From positions 512,001 through 576,000 of the forward strand of contig OZ244052.1 in NCBI GenBank assembly GCA_965215125.1: 64,000 nucleotides of DNA, written 5' to 3'. Of this stretch, positions 29,345 through 39,539 are shown piece by piece. Below the pieces are notes generated by a model, which searched no databases, was not told where the DNA came from, and saw only the letters and a program-made list of their open reading frames with translations. How positions within the stretch are numbered: the first letter of the stretch is position 1; each line of letters starts with the position of its first letter. The DNA comes from an uncultured candidatus Porisulfidus sp. GTDB lineage: Bacteria; Pseudomonadota; Gammaproteobacteria; Poriferisulfidales; Oxydemutatoraceae. The position numbers and the translations under genes were made by a program.

Positions 29345-29538
29345 GACCACCCCATGGGAAGGCTTTACATTTTGTACTATGTATCAAGGTTCTGCACAAT
29401 GTCACGCCGATTAACCTACTGGCTTAATCGGCGGTTCTCTTGCGCCTGCCATCCCTCCAAAGGAGGGGAATGTACTAGTTCAGACCGCGGCGACCACCCC
29501 GTCAGGCGAAGCCTGCCACCCCGCCGAAGGAGGGGAAT
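29345..29538 (+). repeat. Extended (~127 bp) REP-A composite followed by a plain REP-A copy
   Basis: GACCACCCC+insert+GCGCCTGCCA..GGAGGGGAAT at 29345-29471; plain copy 29492-29538. Confidence 0.8.
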
Positions 29539-30551
29539 TACTCTAGTACCGCACTCACTTCTTGTTGGTAGAGCAAACCGATATAGGCGGAGAAAAAGAG
29601 CAATATCAAAACGCCTTTGACGCGATACAGGCAATAACGTTGCGGGATTAAAAACAGTATCAACAATAATAAGGTGATCATCGCATTAACAAAAAAATCT
29701 CTATACAGAACTTCGCTTCTCATCTGTGCATCGCCGACCATCGCAATCGCACCGATAACGCCCAAACCGTTGAACAAATTAGAGCCTAAGATATTACCGA
29801 CTGCGATATCCTCGCGTTTTTTCCATGCGCTCACCAACGATGTGACGATCTCGGGCAAACTGGTGCCCAATGCAGTCATTGTCAAACCAACCAATAATTC
29901 GCTAACCCCGAAGTGATTGGCAATGCCGATCGCCGACCATACAATTAATTCCGCTGCGCCGACCAATACTGCGGTGCCTATGAGTATATGTAGCCACCCT
30001 TCTCGATGACGGCTTTGCCCGTCGTCTTCGTATTCGTCTGCAGTGCGTATCATCCAATACATCAATGCAACCAGAATCAACAACAAGAGCAATCCGTCTA
30101 CGAAATCAAGCTCAAAGTTCGCTTGCACTTGCGTCGTTTGTCCCAGCGTGCTAAACAATGCAAAGACATCTTTGAAGTCAAGTTGCCAATCCATTGCCAA
30201 CAACCATACCGCCAAGATGGCGATGCCCAGCATGCTAAACTTCTTAAGAAAGATATGCCGTTTGATATGGATCGGTATGACCAATGCCGCCAATCCCAAC
30301 CCTAAACCTATATTGGCGATATTGGAACCGATCGCATTGCCCAGCGCAACTTCGGTCGCGCCGCGCAGTGCTGCCAGCATAGAGACAAAAAACTCGGGTG
30401 CCGATGTGCCTAAGCCGACGATAACCATGCCGATAATCAACTGCGATATTCTATAGCGTTGGGCAATGCCTACGGCACCTTTGATTAGAAGGTTTGCCGA
30501 CCAAATGATTAAAGCCAAGCCGGCGAAAAAAGCAATTAATTGGATTAGCAT
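29538..30551 (-). CDS. Calcium/sodium antiporter (YrbG family)
   Basis: Two alpha repeats GTSAPE...GN.IGSN and GTSLPE...GNILGSN; adjacent to kdsD. Confidence 0.92.
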   Translation of the reverse strand: MLIQLIAFFAGLALIIWSANLLIKGAVGIAQRYRISQLIIGMVIVGLGTSAPEFFVSMLAALRGATEVALGNAIGSNIANIGLGLGLAALVIPIHIKRHIFLKKFSMLGIAILAVWLLAMDWQLDFKDVFALFSTLGQTTQVQANFELDFVDGLLLLLILVALMYWMIRTADEYEDDGQSRHREGWLHILIGTAVLVGAAELIVWSAIGIANHFGVSELLVGLTMTALGTSLPEIVTSLVSAWKKREDIAVGNILGSNLFNGLGVIGAIAMVGDAQMRSEVLYRDFFVNAMITLLLLILFLIPQRYCLYRVKGVLILLFFSAYIGLLYQQEVSAVLE

Positions 30552-30610
30552 ATTATGGGTTCTAAAATAGTGACCTGTTTATTAAAAGTATCTATGCTAA
30601 TATATTGTAC

Positions 30611-32053
30611 ATGGAACAAGCACTTGATATTGCAAAAAGCGACCTGCTCGCGCCCGCCGAAATAGACGAACATCATTTGCAAAAAGTGCTATCCTCTCTG
30701 ATGGTTCCGGGCGTAGACGATGCCGAACTTTACTTCCAGCACGGTCGCCGAGAAGCATGGTCCTTAGAGGACGGCATTGTCAAAGAAGCGGATTTTAGTC
30801 TGGATAGAGGGGTCGGTGTTCGGGCGGTCAGCGGCGAGAAAACCGGTTTTGCTTATGCCAACGAAATCGTTATGCCGGCATTGACTACGGCAAGCGAAAC
30901 GGTGCGATATATCGCTCGCTCCGGAAACACCCATGCACTTCAGAGTTGGCAAGCCCATAGCATGCAAAGGCTCTATGACTTTGACGACCCGCTGGCGGGC
31001 ATGGCGGCACAAGACAAAACCGATTTGCTCTATGCCGTAGATACACGAGCAAGGCAATCGGATCCTCGCATCAAACAAGTGATGGCATCCTTATTAGCGA
31101 GCTACGATGTGGTTTTAGTCGTCTCTTCCGACGGTACTTTTGCAGCCGACATACGACCTTTGGTGAGGCTCAATGTCGCAGTCGTGGTTGCCGACAAAGA
31201 GAGGAGAGAGTCGGGCTATGCCGGTGCCGGCGGACGTTTTAGCTACCAAGAGTTATTGCAAAAGCATACATCCGAAAGCGTGGTGGACGAAGCGGTCAGG
31301 CTCGCACTACTCAACCTAGAGGCGGTGCCGGCACCGGTCGGCGAGATGGTCGTCGTTTTAGGACCGGGTTGGCCAGGCGTTCTGTTGCACGAAGCCATCG
31401 GGCATGGGCTAGAAGGTGATTTTTGCCGCAAACGCACCTCGGCGTTTTCAGACCGCATCGGCGAGCGCGTCGCAGCTTCGGAAGTGACGGTCGTCGACGA
31501 CGGCACGCTTAACGGGCGACGCGGTTCGCTCAACATAGACGACGAAGGTACTGCCACGCAATGCACCACATTAATAGAAAAAGGCATACTCAAAAATTAT
31601 ATGCAGGATAAAACCAATGCTCGCCTGATGAATGTTCAACCCACCGGCAACGGACGCCGTCAATCGTATGCCCATCTGCCGATGCCGCGTATGACCAATA
31701 CCTATATGCTCAACGGGCAACACAGCCCCGACGAGATCATCCGCTCGGTGGATAAAGGCATCTACGCAGTTAACTTCGGCGGCGGGCAAGTTGATATTAC
31801 CTCCGGCAAATTCGTTTTTTCGGCAAGCGAAGCCTACCGTATAGAAAACGGTTCCGTAGGTGCGCCGGTCAAAGGGGTATCGCTGATAGGACACGGTCCC
31901 GACATCCTCACTAAGGTCTCAATGGTCGGCAACGATATGAAACTGGACAACGGAATCGGTTCTTGCGGCAAGCACGGCCAGCTGGTGCCGGTCGGCGTAG
32001 GTCAACCGACGCTACGCGTAGACGGGATGACGGTGGGAGGAACCGATATTTGA
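30611..32053 (+). CDS. tldD: Metalloprotease TldD
   Basis: GWPGVLLHEAIGHGLEGDF, PMPRMTNT, CGK.GQ.VPVGVGQP. Confidence 0.96.
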   Translation: MEQALDIAKSDLLAPAEIDEHHLQKVLSSLMVPGVDDAELYFQHGRREAWSLEDGIVKEADFSLDRGVGVRAVSGEKTGFAYANEIVMPALTTASETVRYIARSGNTHALQSWQAHSMQRLYDFDDPLAGMAAQDKTDLLYAVDTRARQSDPRIKQVMASLLASYDVVLVVSSDGTFAADIRPLVRLNVAVVVADKERRESGYAGAGGRFSYQELLQKHTSESVVDEAVRLALLNLEAVPAPVGEMVVVLGPGWPGVLLHEAIGHGLEGDFCRKRTSAFSDRIGERVAASEVTVVDDGTLNGRRGSLNIDDEGTATQCTTLIEKGILKNYMQDKTNARLMNVQPTGNGRRQSYAHLPMPRMTNTYMLNGQHSPDEIIRSVDKGIYAVNFGGGQVDITSGKFVFSASEAYRIENGSVGAPVKGVSLIGHGPDILTKVSMVGNDMKLDNGIGSCGKHGQLVPVGVGQPTLRVDGMTVGGTDI

Positions 32054-33399
32054 AACCCGAACATTCCGATTTAGTAACGGCAAAAACGCCGCAACAGCTA
32101 AAAGAAATAGTCGCCGAAATTCTGGAAAAAGCACAGGGATGCGGTGTGAGTGCTGCCGAAGTATCGGCGTCGGTAAGTCAGAACCTGTCGGTCTCGGTGC
32201 GCATGGGAGACATAGACATATTAGAGCGCGGTAGCGATCAGGGCATGGACCTGACCGTTTATCTAGGGAAACGCAGCGGAAGTTCGGCGGCAACCGGTTT
32301 GACGCACGCGGATATCGCAAAGCTCGTAGAGGAAGCCGTGAACATCGCAAAATATACCGGCGAGGATGACTATGCGGGTCTCGCCGATGCCGACGATATG
32401 GCAACCGAAATACCCGATTTGCAACTTCATCACCCGTGGACGATCGATACTGCGAGTGCTATCGAACTGGCAACCGAATGCGAGGATGCAGCACGTGCCG
32501 AACCGTTGATAGTCAATTCCGAAGGTGCGCAACTATCCACGGTTCAAGGCACCTATTGCTACGGCAACACGCACGGTTTTAATGCCGCCTACCGAGGCAC
32601 ACGGCATAGTATCTTGTGTTCGGTGGTCGCCGGGAAAAACGGTGCGATGCAACGCGACATGTGGTTTGATAGCAATCGCAATGCCGAAACACTGCAATCG
32701 GCGAAGACCATAGGTCGGCGCGCCGCAGAACGCGCCGTGCAGAGATTGGGGGCAAGCAAAGTACAAAGCTGCAAGGTTCCGGTTTTATTTGTTCCGGAAA
32801 CGGCGGCTTCGTTGATCGGACATTTCACCGCCGCAATCAGCGGTAGCGCATTATATAAAGGAACCTCGTTCTTGCCGGACTCCTTAAACAAAGCGATATT
32901 CCCCGCTTTCGTGCAACTGTCCGAACAACCTCGCCTACCGTGCGGTTTATATAGCGCACCGTTCGACGGCGAGGGCGTTGCCACACGCGATCAAATTATC
33001 GTCGCCGACGGTGTGGTGCAGAACTATATACTCAACAGCTATGCTGCGCGTCGCTTGTCTATGAAAACAACCGCAAATGACGGTGGTTTGAGGAATGTGA
33101 TTTTATCCGGCAAACAAAAAAGCTTTGACGAACTACTCAAAGATATGGACAAAGGATTAGTCGTCACAGAACTCATCGGCATGGGGGTTAACCCAGTAAC
33201 CGGCGATTACTCGCGAGGTGCTTCGGGCTTCTGGGTGGAGAACGGAAAGATAGACCATCCGGTGGAGGAAATCACCATCGCCGGCAACTTGAGTGCAATG
33301 TACTCCGACATCGTAGCACTCGGCAACGATATAGACCAACGCTACAATATCCGCTGCGGTTCCATATTGATAGGGGAAATGGCTATCTCGGGGATGTAG
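32050..33399 (+). CDS. pmbA: Metalloprotease PmbA/TldE
   Basis: SAPFDGEGV, GVNPVTGDYSRGASGF, EITIAGNL; TTG start overlaps the tldD stop. Confidence 0.93.
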   Translation: MKPEHSDLVTAKTPQQLKEIVAEILEKAQGCGVSAAEVSASVSQNLSVSVRMGDIDILERGSDQGMDLTVYLGKRSGSSAATGLTHADIAKLVEEAVNIAKYTGEDDYAGLADADDMATEIPDLQLHHPWTIDTASAIELATECEDAARAEPLIVNSEGAQLSTVQGTYCYGNTHGFNAAYRGTRHSILCSVVAGKNGAMQRDMWFDSNRNAETLQSAKTIGRRAAERAVQRLGASKVQSCKVPVLFVPETAASLIGHFTAAISGSALYKGTSFLPDSLNKAIFPAFVQLSEQPRLPCGLYSAPFDGEGVATRDQIIVADGVVQNYILNSYAARRLSMKTTANDGGLRNVILSGKQKSFDELLKDMDKGLVVTELIGMGVNPVTGDYSRGASGFWVENGKIDHPVEEITIAGNLSAMYSDIVALGNDIDQRYNIRCGSILIGEMAISGM

Positions 33400-33608
33400 A
33401 TTGCCAGCACAGCCCGACGGGATGGTCGTGTCGTATCTGCACCAGTACAGGTACAGTAGTATATTTGAGCAGCCAAAACCACCTAAAAACTTTTAGATGA
33501 ACTTAGATTACCTAACAAAAATCATCAAATATGACATTTAGATATGTATATCGGATCACGGTCATGATATAGTTTAACGATTGTGTATAAGATAAAAGGA
33601 GTATTAAA

Positions 33609-33887
33609 GTGTCTACACACCTGAATGCTGCGCACCGCCGGCATGAAGTCACCAACAACAATACCAATAGTTTTATTGATGTATTGGCAGTGCTACTAAC
33701 TGGAGGAATAGGAATGTTTTTAGCATTGTTAGGTGTATATCTAGATAACCTTGGATTCCTTATCGCAGGCTGGATCATCATAGCTATTTCTATAGCAGTT
33801 GGTTTAACTAATTTAGGAAAATCTTTTATTGAATTTATGAGTTCATATCGGAATTATAAGGCTGAAAGAAAAAACAAAAATCAATAG
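33609..33887 (+). CDS. Small two-TM hypothetical protein
   Basis: AAGGAG RBS before GTG; two hydrophobic helices, basic tail. Confidence 0.6.
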   Translation: MSTHLNAAHRRHEVTNNNTNSFIDVLAVLLTGGIGMFLALLGVYLDNLGFLIAGWIIIAISIAVGLTNLGKSFIEFMSSYRNYKAERKNKNQ

Positions 33888-34116
33888 GTTGTCGCCTACC
33901 GGCGTATAACGCAATACATCAATTTTATAGCAAATAGGTTTAGATAATTCGCTCACGGAAGTATCCGAACCCATTGACAATCTCTACTCTGTATTCTTTC
34001 AAACAAGCTGTGAAAAAAGCATTTTAAGGTATCTAAAAACTTTTAGATGACCTAGATACCTATGAGAAATCACCATATAAGCCGACCGAAGCGGCGCACC
34101 GTATCTGCACAAGTAC

Positions 34117-34322
34117 ATTCCCCTCCTCTGGAGGGGTGGCAGGCGCAATAGAACCGCCGAGTGGGACCGCCGAGTGAGCCAGTAGTTCAATCGGCATCAC
34201 GTTGTACAAAATCTAAATATTGTGTCTATTACAAACATTACATATGTCAAGGTCAATCGGCGTAACATTGTGCGGAATCTTAGTACATAGTACAAAATGT
34301 AAAGCCTTTCCATGGGGTGGTC
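34117..34322 (-). repeat. Extended REP-A composite with internally duplicated insert
   Basis: Reverse copy of 29345-29471 with two AATCGGC..AC.TTGT modules. Confidence 0.75.
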
Positions 34323-34404
34323 GCACAACCGCTTGCGTCACTAAATACTCCAGACCCCAACCGCAATTCTATAAACAAATACAAACCCGTCCGACTACAA
34401 CTTG

Positions 34405-34433
34405 TTGAAAACCCTATACACTTTTATTAAACT
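34405..34433 (+). promoter_or_regulatory. Conserved TTGAAA-17-TAAACT promoter of the TPR cassettes (also 37352-37380, 41540-41568, 43193-43221)
   Basis: Identical hexamers and 17-bp spacing in front of all four TPR genes while spacer bases vary. Confidence 0.65.
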
Positions 34434-34521
34434 ATCAAATACAAACAACAACAGCACCACCGCATACAAAGGTGTGCCGGAGCTACCGTATCAAAATACT
34501 CAACCATAAGGTTTATAAAAC

Positions 34522-35436
34522 ATGAAAATACCCTCAATGACAATGTTCGCAACCACAATGTTAGATAGCTATATGTCTCTCTATCACGAAGATTTTATAG
34601 CGGATGGATTAGAAGACATGGCGGATACTGCATTTTATGACCAGGTAATTGAACTAAATCCTAAGTTGCTTCCTGCTTACTATTGCAGGGCATTGGTTAG
34701 GGGTAAATTAAAAGATGACGAGGGCGCACTTGCAGACTTTAACCGTGTGATTAAGTTAGATAAGAAGAATCAAGATGCTTATTATATGAGAGCTTTCATC
34801 AAGAATAAATTAGGAAATTTTCAGGGAGCGATTGCGGACTTAAATAGATTCCTTAAAAAGAACCCCAAGAATAGTTCCGCCTACAATACTCGAGGTTTTT
34901 CCAAATTTAAATTAAAAGACTACGAAGGAGCAGCCAAAGACTTCAACAGAGTGGTTGAACTAGACCCGAATTATTCTAGCGGCTATGATTTTAGAGGTCT
35001 TAGTAAAGTTATATTGGGAGATTATGAGTCGGCAATCGCAGACTTCAGCAAATTGATCGAACTAGACCCAAAGTATACTAATGCTTTCTATCACAGGGGT
35101 ATGGTTAAAGACGGATTAAAAGACCCTAAGGGAGCCATTGCAGACTTTGACAAAGCCATCGAACTAGACCCGGAGTATGCTGACGCTTATAGCAGTAGAG
35201 GCATTGTTAGGGGAAACCTTGGAGACTTTGAGTCTGCCATTGCAGACTTCGACAAAGCGATTGAACTAAGCCCGGAGTATACAGAGGTTTATCACAACAG
35301 GGGCCTTGCTAATGAAAACTTAAAAAACTATAAAGCGGCTGTTGCCGACTACGACGAAGCCATTAAATTAGAACCATCTAATGAGATTTTTAGACAGGCA
35401 AGGCAGAGGGTTCAAAAGAAACTTGATGATTCCTAA
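34522..35436 (+). CDS. Tetratricopeptide repeat protein
   Basis: ~8 34-aa repeats AY..RG..K..L.D...AI.DF.KAIEL.P. Confidence 0.93.
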   Translation: MKIPSMTMFATTMLDSYMSLYHEDFIADGLEDMADTAFYDQVIELNPKLLPAYYCRALVRGKLKDDEGALADFNRVIKLDKKNQDAYYMRAFIKNKLGNFQGAIADLNRFLKKNPKNSSAYNTRGFSKFKLKDYEGAAKDFNRVVELDPNYSSGYDFRGLSKVILGDYESAIADFSKLIELDPKYTNAFYHRGMVKDGLKDPKGAIADFDKAIELDPEYADAYSSRGIVRGNLGDFESAIADFDKAIELSPEYTEVYHNRGLANENLKNYKAAVADYDEAIKLEPSNEIFRQARQRVQKKLDDS

Positions 35437-35851
35437 TCCATAGGGCAGATCATTCCTCTCCTTCGGAGGGGCGGACTTCGCCTGCTGGGTGGTTGTGTCG
35501 TAGGGCTGTTGAAAAAGTGAGGGCATCGCTCAAACCCAATCGCTGTGCACCGTGAATATTTGCAAACCACCTGCAGGGGCGGACTTCATTAAATTTGCCG
35601 ATTGACCTACTGGCTCAATCGGCGGCTCTATTCTGCCCGTAACGCGTTGTGCCTGCACGATTTATACATTTATTTATTCAATTTATGGAAACCAAAACCA
35701 AATGGCGCAAGCGGTTACAGTTTTGCAGAACAGTATTTTTCAACAGCCCCGTCGTGTCTGAACGAGTACGGTGTCGGTACATTCCCCTCCTTCGGAGGGG
35801 TGGTTCACAACCGCTTGCACCACATAATTATACAAACCACCTCCTCCATCC

Positions 35852-37024
35852 CTATCGATACTCCGCTAACTTTTGCATCAACTTGCTTAGTGAAATAACC
35901 ACCACATCATCGCCGATTGAAAACTCATCGCCACCCCCATACACGATGTACTTTTTAGTCGCTCCCACATCTTCGCAAGTTCGGCTGTAGTGTTTGCTCG
36001 GCTTCGGGGCAACACCGTACTTAATCTCAACTGCCCAGATTTCCGAAAACGAAAGTTTGATTACCAAATCTATCTCGGCACCCGCCGCAGTATGATAAAA
36101 GTAGGTTTCGGCACGACTCGGTAGCACGGAATGTATGTTCTCAATGACAAACCCTTCCCAACTTTTACCCAATGCCGGATACGATAACAATGCGTCATAA
36201 GTGTCAATGCCTAATAGCCGATGTTGAATACCGCTATCTCGGATATAGTAGCGCGGCGATTTTACCAACCGCTTTTTGATATTGACATACCAAGGTTGCA
36301 GCCGTCTCACTAAAAGTAAATCAACCAAGATATCAATGTAGTGATTGATCGTCACCCGTTGGACTTCCAGATTGCTCGCCAGTTTAGAGACATTCACCAC
36401 TTCACCCTGCAAATGTGCCAGCATAGTCCACAAGCGGCGCAACTTGCCGGCCGGCACCCTAAAACCCATTTGCGGCACATCGCGTTCTAGGTAGGTGCGA
36501 ATCAAATCTTCCAACCAATCCATAGTCAAGTCGTCGTCGGATGCTAAATAACTAATCGGGAAACCGCCTCTAAGCCAAAGCCGTTTAAGGTTATCGCTAT
36601 CTGCTTCGGTTTCCAATACATTAAAACCACCCATTTCAATATAACTAACACGACCAGCCAAACTCTCCGACGATTGACGCAACAAATCCGGCGAAGCGGA
36701 ACCCAATAATAAAAATTGTCCGTGCTTATGTCCCCGTTCCTTGTTCTTATCTATCAGCCCTCGCAACACCACAAACAAATCAGGCGCGCGTTGAATCTCA
36801 TCTAAGATGATTAGCTTGTCGCCGTGATTGCTCAAAAAACTACTCGGATCCCTGAGCTTCAAAACATCTTCCGGTGCCTCTAAATCAAGATAGACTGAAC
36901 TTTGACCCGCCATTACCATCTTGGCAAGCGTGGTTTTACCCACTTGACGGCATCCCAGCAACACCACAGCAGGATTGCGTGAGATAGCTTTTTCCAGCCT
37001 ATTTTTAATGTATCGCTCCAACAT
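35852..37024 (-). CDS. AAA_14 ATPase with DUF4143/PD-(D/E)xK-like C-terminus
   Basis: GCRQVGKT, IILDEIQ, ESLAGR, EIDLV...AVEIK; start 37024 or 37033. Confidence 0.9.
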   Translation of the reverse strand: MLERYIKNRLEKAISRNPAVVLLGCRQVGKTTLAKMVMAGQSSVYLDLEAPEDVLKLRDPSSFLSNHGDKLIILDEIQRAPDLFVVLRGLIDKNKERGHKHGQFLLLGSASPDLLRQSSESLAGRVSYIEMGGFNVLETEADSDNLKRLWLRGGFPISYLASDDDLTMDWLEDLIRTYLERDVPQMGFRVPAGKLRRLWTMLAHLQGEVVNVSKLASNLEVQRVTINHYIDILVDLLLVRRLQPWYVNIKKRLVKSPRYYIRDSGIQHRLLGIDTYDALLSYPALGKSWEGFVIENIHSVLPSRAETYFYHTAAGAEIDLVIKLSFSEIWAVEIKYGVAPKPSKHYSRTCEDVGATKKYIVYGGGDEFSIGDDVVVISLSKLMQKLAEYR

Positions 37025-37065
37025 ACCTTGCATATTGCATTATTTTTATGCAAATTGCAAGGTAT
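37023..37065. promoter_or_regulatory. 43-bp near-perfect palindrome at the ATPase start
   Basis: ATACCTTGCA-TA-TTGCAT-N7-ATGCAA-AT-TGCAAGGTAT. Confidence 0.65.
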
Positions 37066-37080
37066 CATTCCCTTCTGGAT

Positions 37081-37263
37081 GGAGTGGTTGCAACGGGTAC
37101 ATTCCCCTCCTTTGGAGGGGTGGCAGGCTATGTCCGACGGAGTGGTTGCAACGGGTACATTCCCCTCCTTTGGAGGGGTGGCAGGCTATGTCCGACGGAA
37201 TGGTTGCAACGGGTACATTCCCCTCCTTTGGAGGGGTGGCAGGCGCAGCCTGACGGGGTGGTT
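37081..37263 (-). repeat. Three head-to-tail 58-bp REP-A-containing units
   Basis: Units start at 37081, 37139 and 37197; near identical, no unique spacers. Confidence 0.9.
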
Positions 37264-37467
37264 CACAACCGCTTGCGCCATAAATATTCACAAACCACAA
37301 ATCAAATTCCCACAAAATTAGCAAATACAAAACCCACACGACCACAACTTATTGAAAACCGCATACACTTTCATTAAACTATCAAACAAAAACAATAACG
37401 GCACCACCGTATAAAAAATTGCGCCGGAGCTACCACATCAAAATACTTAACTATAAGGTTTATAAAA

Positions 37468-38204
37468 AGAGTAAATTAAGAGATAACGAGAACGCACTTG
37501 CGGACTTTAACCGAGCAATTAAGCTAGGCAAGAAACATCGAGATGCCTACTATATGAGAAGCTTCACCAAGTGTAGATTAGGAAATTTTCAGGGAGCACT
37601 CGTAGACTTAAATAAAGTTCTTAAAAAGGATTCCAAAGATGGTTTTGCCTACAACACACGAGGTTTTTCCAAATTTAAATTAGAAGACTACGAAGGGACA
37701 GCCAAAGACTTCAACAAAGTGGTTGAACTAGACCCGAACTATTCTACTAACTATGATGTAAGAGGTCTTAGTAAAGTTATATTGGGAGACTACGAGTCCG
37801 CAATCGCAGACTTCGACACATTGATTGAGCTAGACCCGGAATATGCTAATGCTTACCACAATAGAGGTGGTATTAAGGAAAAATTAGGAGACTTCAAGGA
37901 GGCGATTAAAGACTTTGACAGAGCGATTGAACTAGATCCAAATTATATTTATGCATACTATAACAGAGGTATTCTTAGAGGAGAGTCGGAAAACCTCAAG
38001 GGAGCGATTGAAGACTTCAGCAGAGTAATCGAGCTAAATCCAGAATATGCCGATGCTTACTATAACAGAGGCATTGTTAATGAAAACTTAAAAAACTACA
38101 CGAATGCCGTTGCCGACTTTGACGAAGCTATTAAGCTAGAACCATCTGATAAGGCTTATAGAGAAGCAAGACAACAGGCGCAACAAAAACTTGATAATTC
38201 CTAA
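37468..38204 (+). pseudogene. 5'-deleted paralog of TPR gene 34522-35436
   Basis: Leader joins directly to sequence equivalent to ~34699, losing the ATG and ~60 codons; rest of frame open. Confidence 0.6.
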
Positions 38205-38337
38205 TCCGTAGGGGGCATATCATTCCCTTCCTTGTAGATAGTATGGATGACCAGCTTTGCTGAAAGTTGGTTAAACTTTCATTTTAGTTCCCTTCTTAAG
38301 AGGGGTTTAATTAACCACTAAACAAAGGAGGTCATCC

Positions 38338-39486
38338 ATGACTAGTATACTGTATGTTGGCATTGATGTTGATGATAAGAGTTTCACTGCCACAGCCATT
38401 TCTAAACACAATAATTATCATTCCATTAAAACGCGTCCGGACTTTGCATCACTGCATAAGGCAATCACCAAAGTCGCTTTGCCGTATGAACAGATTAGGG
38501 TCTGTTATGAAGCAAGCTATTTAGGCTTTTCGTTAAAGCGACAATTTGATGCGCTGGGCATTCACTGCGATGTGATTGCGCCGTCGCTGATCCCGGTGCG
38601 TCCCTCGGATCGTATCAAGACCGATCGCCTAGATAGCGTCAAGCTGGCTGAATACTACCGACAAGGTATGTTGAAAATCGTCCACGATATTGATACTGAG
38701 ACCGAAGGTCACCGACAACTCATTCGTGGACACCAACAAGTGGTCAACACCTGCAAGATCTATAAACTGCAGATTTTGTCGTCGTGCCGTTATCGCGGGA
38801 TTAGTTATCGCACCAGTATGCAGGCCAAGAGCTATTGGACGAAGCAGCACATGGCATTCTTAAAGCGGCTCCTAGTCGACGACAGTTTAGATAAGTATTT
38901 CCGCCTCGATTTAGAGAACAAGTTATATCTATTGGAGACGCAACAAGGGGTTATCAGACGCTATGAGAACGATATACATCAGTTAGCGATATCCGAGCCG
39001 TATCGTCGGGCGGTCGGCTATTTATGTTGTATCAGAGGCATTGCCGAGTTGATTGCGATGACGCTGATTGTTGAGATTGGCGACATCGGTCGGTTTGTCA
39101 AGGCGCGTCATCTGGCCGGTTATGCCGGCTTCAGTATCAGTGAGTATAGTTCCGGTGGCAAGAGTCGCAAAGGGGGTATTACCGGGATGGGCAACAAATA
39201 CATCCGCACGGTGTGCGTGGAAGCCTGCCAGTTGGCGGGTAGACGCTATAGCGTGAATAAGGCATTGCGTGCCCGACGCGCCGACCAAGACCTAGTGGCT
39301 ATAGAGATAGGCGACCGTTGCATGAAGCGTTTGTATAAGAAGTATCAGACGATGTATCATGCCAACAAACCGTTCAACAAGATTAAGGTGGCGTGTGCCA
39401 GAGAGCTACTCGGTTTTGTGTGGGAAGCCTTGCGTGCTGCCCAGGCCGCTGAAAACGCATTGCACGCCGCACCGGTGGTTGAGTAA
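38338..39486 (+). CDS. IS110-family DEDD recombinase/transposase
   Basis: VGIDV, CYEA, KTD.LD (DEDD), SSGG serine loop, G.ITG.GN..IR, ARELLGF.W; AAGGAGG RBS. Confidence 0.95.
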   Translation: MTSILYVGIDVDDKSFTATAISKHNNYHSIKTRPDFASLHKAITKVALPYEQIRVCYEASYLGFSLKRQFDALGIHCDVIAPSLIPVRPSDRIKTDRLDSVKLAEYYRQGMLKIVHDIDTETEGHRQLIRGHQQVVNTCKIYKLQILSSCRYRGISYRTSMQAKSYWTKQHMAFLKRLLVDDSLDKYFRLDLENKLYLLETQQGVIRRYENDIHQLAISEPYRRAVGYLCCIRGIAELIAMTLIVEIGDIGRFVKARHLAGYAGFSISEYSSGGKSRKGGITGMGNKYIRTVCVEACQLAGRRYSVNKALRARRADQDLVAIEIGDRCMKRLYKKYQTMYHANKPFNKIKVACARELLGFVWEALRAAQAAENALHAAPVVE

Positions 39487-39539
39487 GCTCGTTAAGCAAG
39501 AGGCTGCCAGATAGAGTTCTGAGAGACCGAGGGAGTTGA

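Noticed and set aside
21258-33399. Microcin B17-like RiPP (Gly-rich peptide plus TldD/PmbA)
   Set aside because: No YcaO or dehydrogenase, the peptide has no Cys and only two Ser, and tldD/pmbA are housekeeping genes 9 kb away
37081-37263. Possible CRISPR array (3 regularly spaced palindromic repeats)
   Set aside because: Intervening sequences are near identical (a 58-bp tandem unit), the repeat is a dispersed REP, and no cas genes are present
36975-37377. Several short overlapping ORFs (also at 28025, 29181-29634, 33999-34408, 41188-41602, 52376-52605, 53768)
   Set aside because: Translations of REP DNA (HSPPLEGWQ / TFPSFGGV / IPLLRRGG recurring in all frames)
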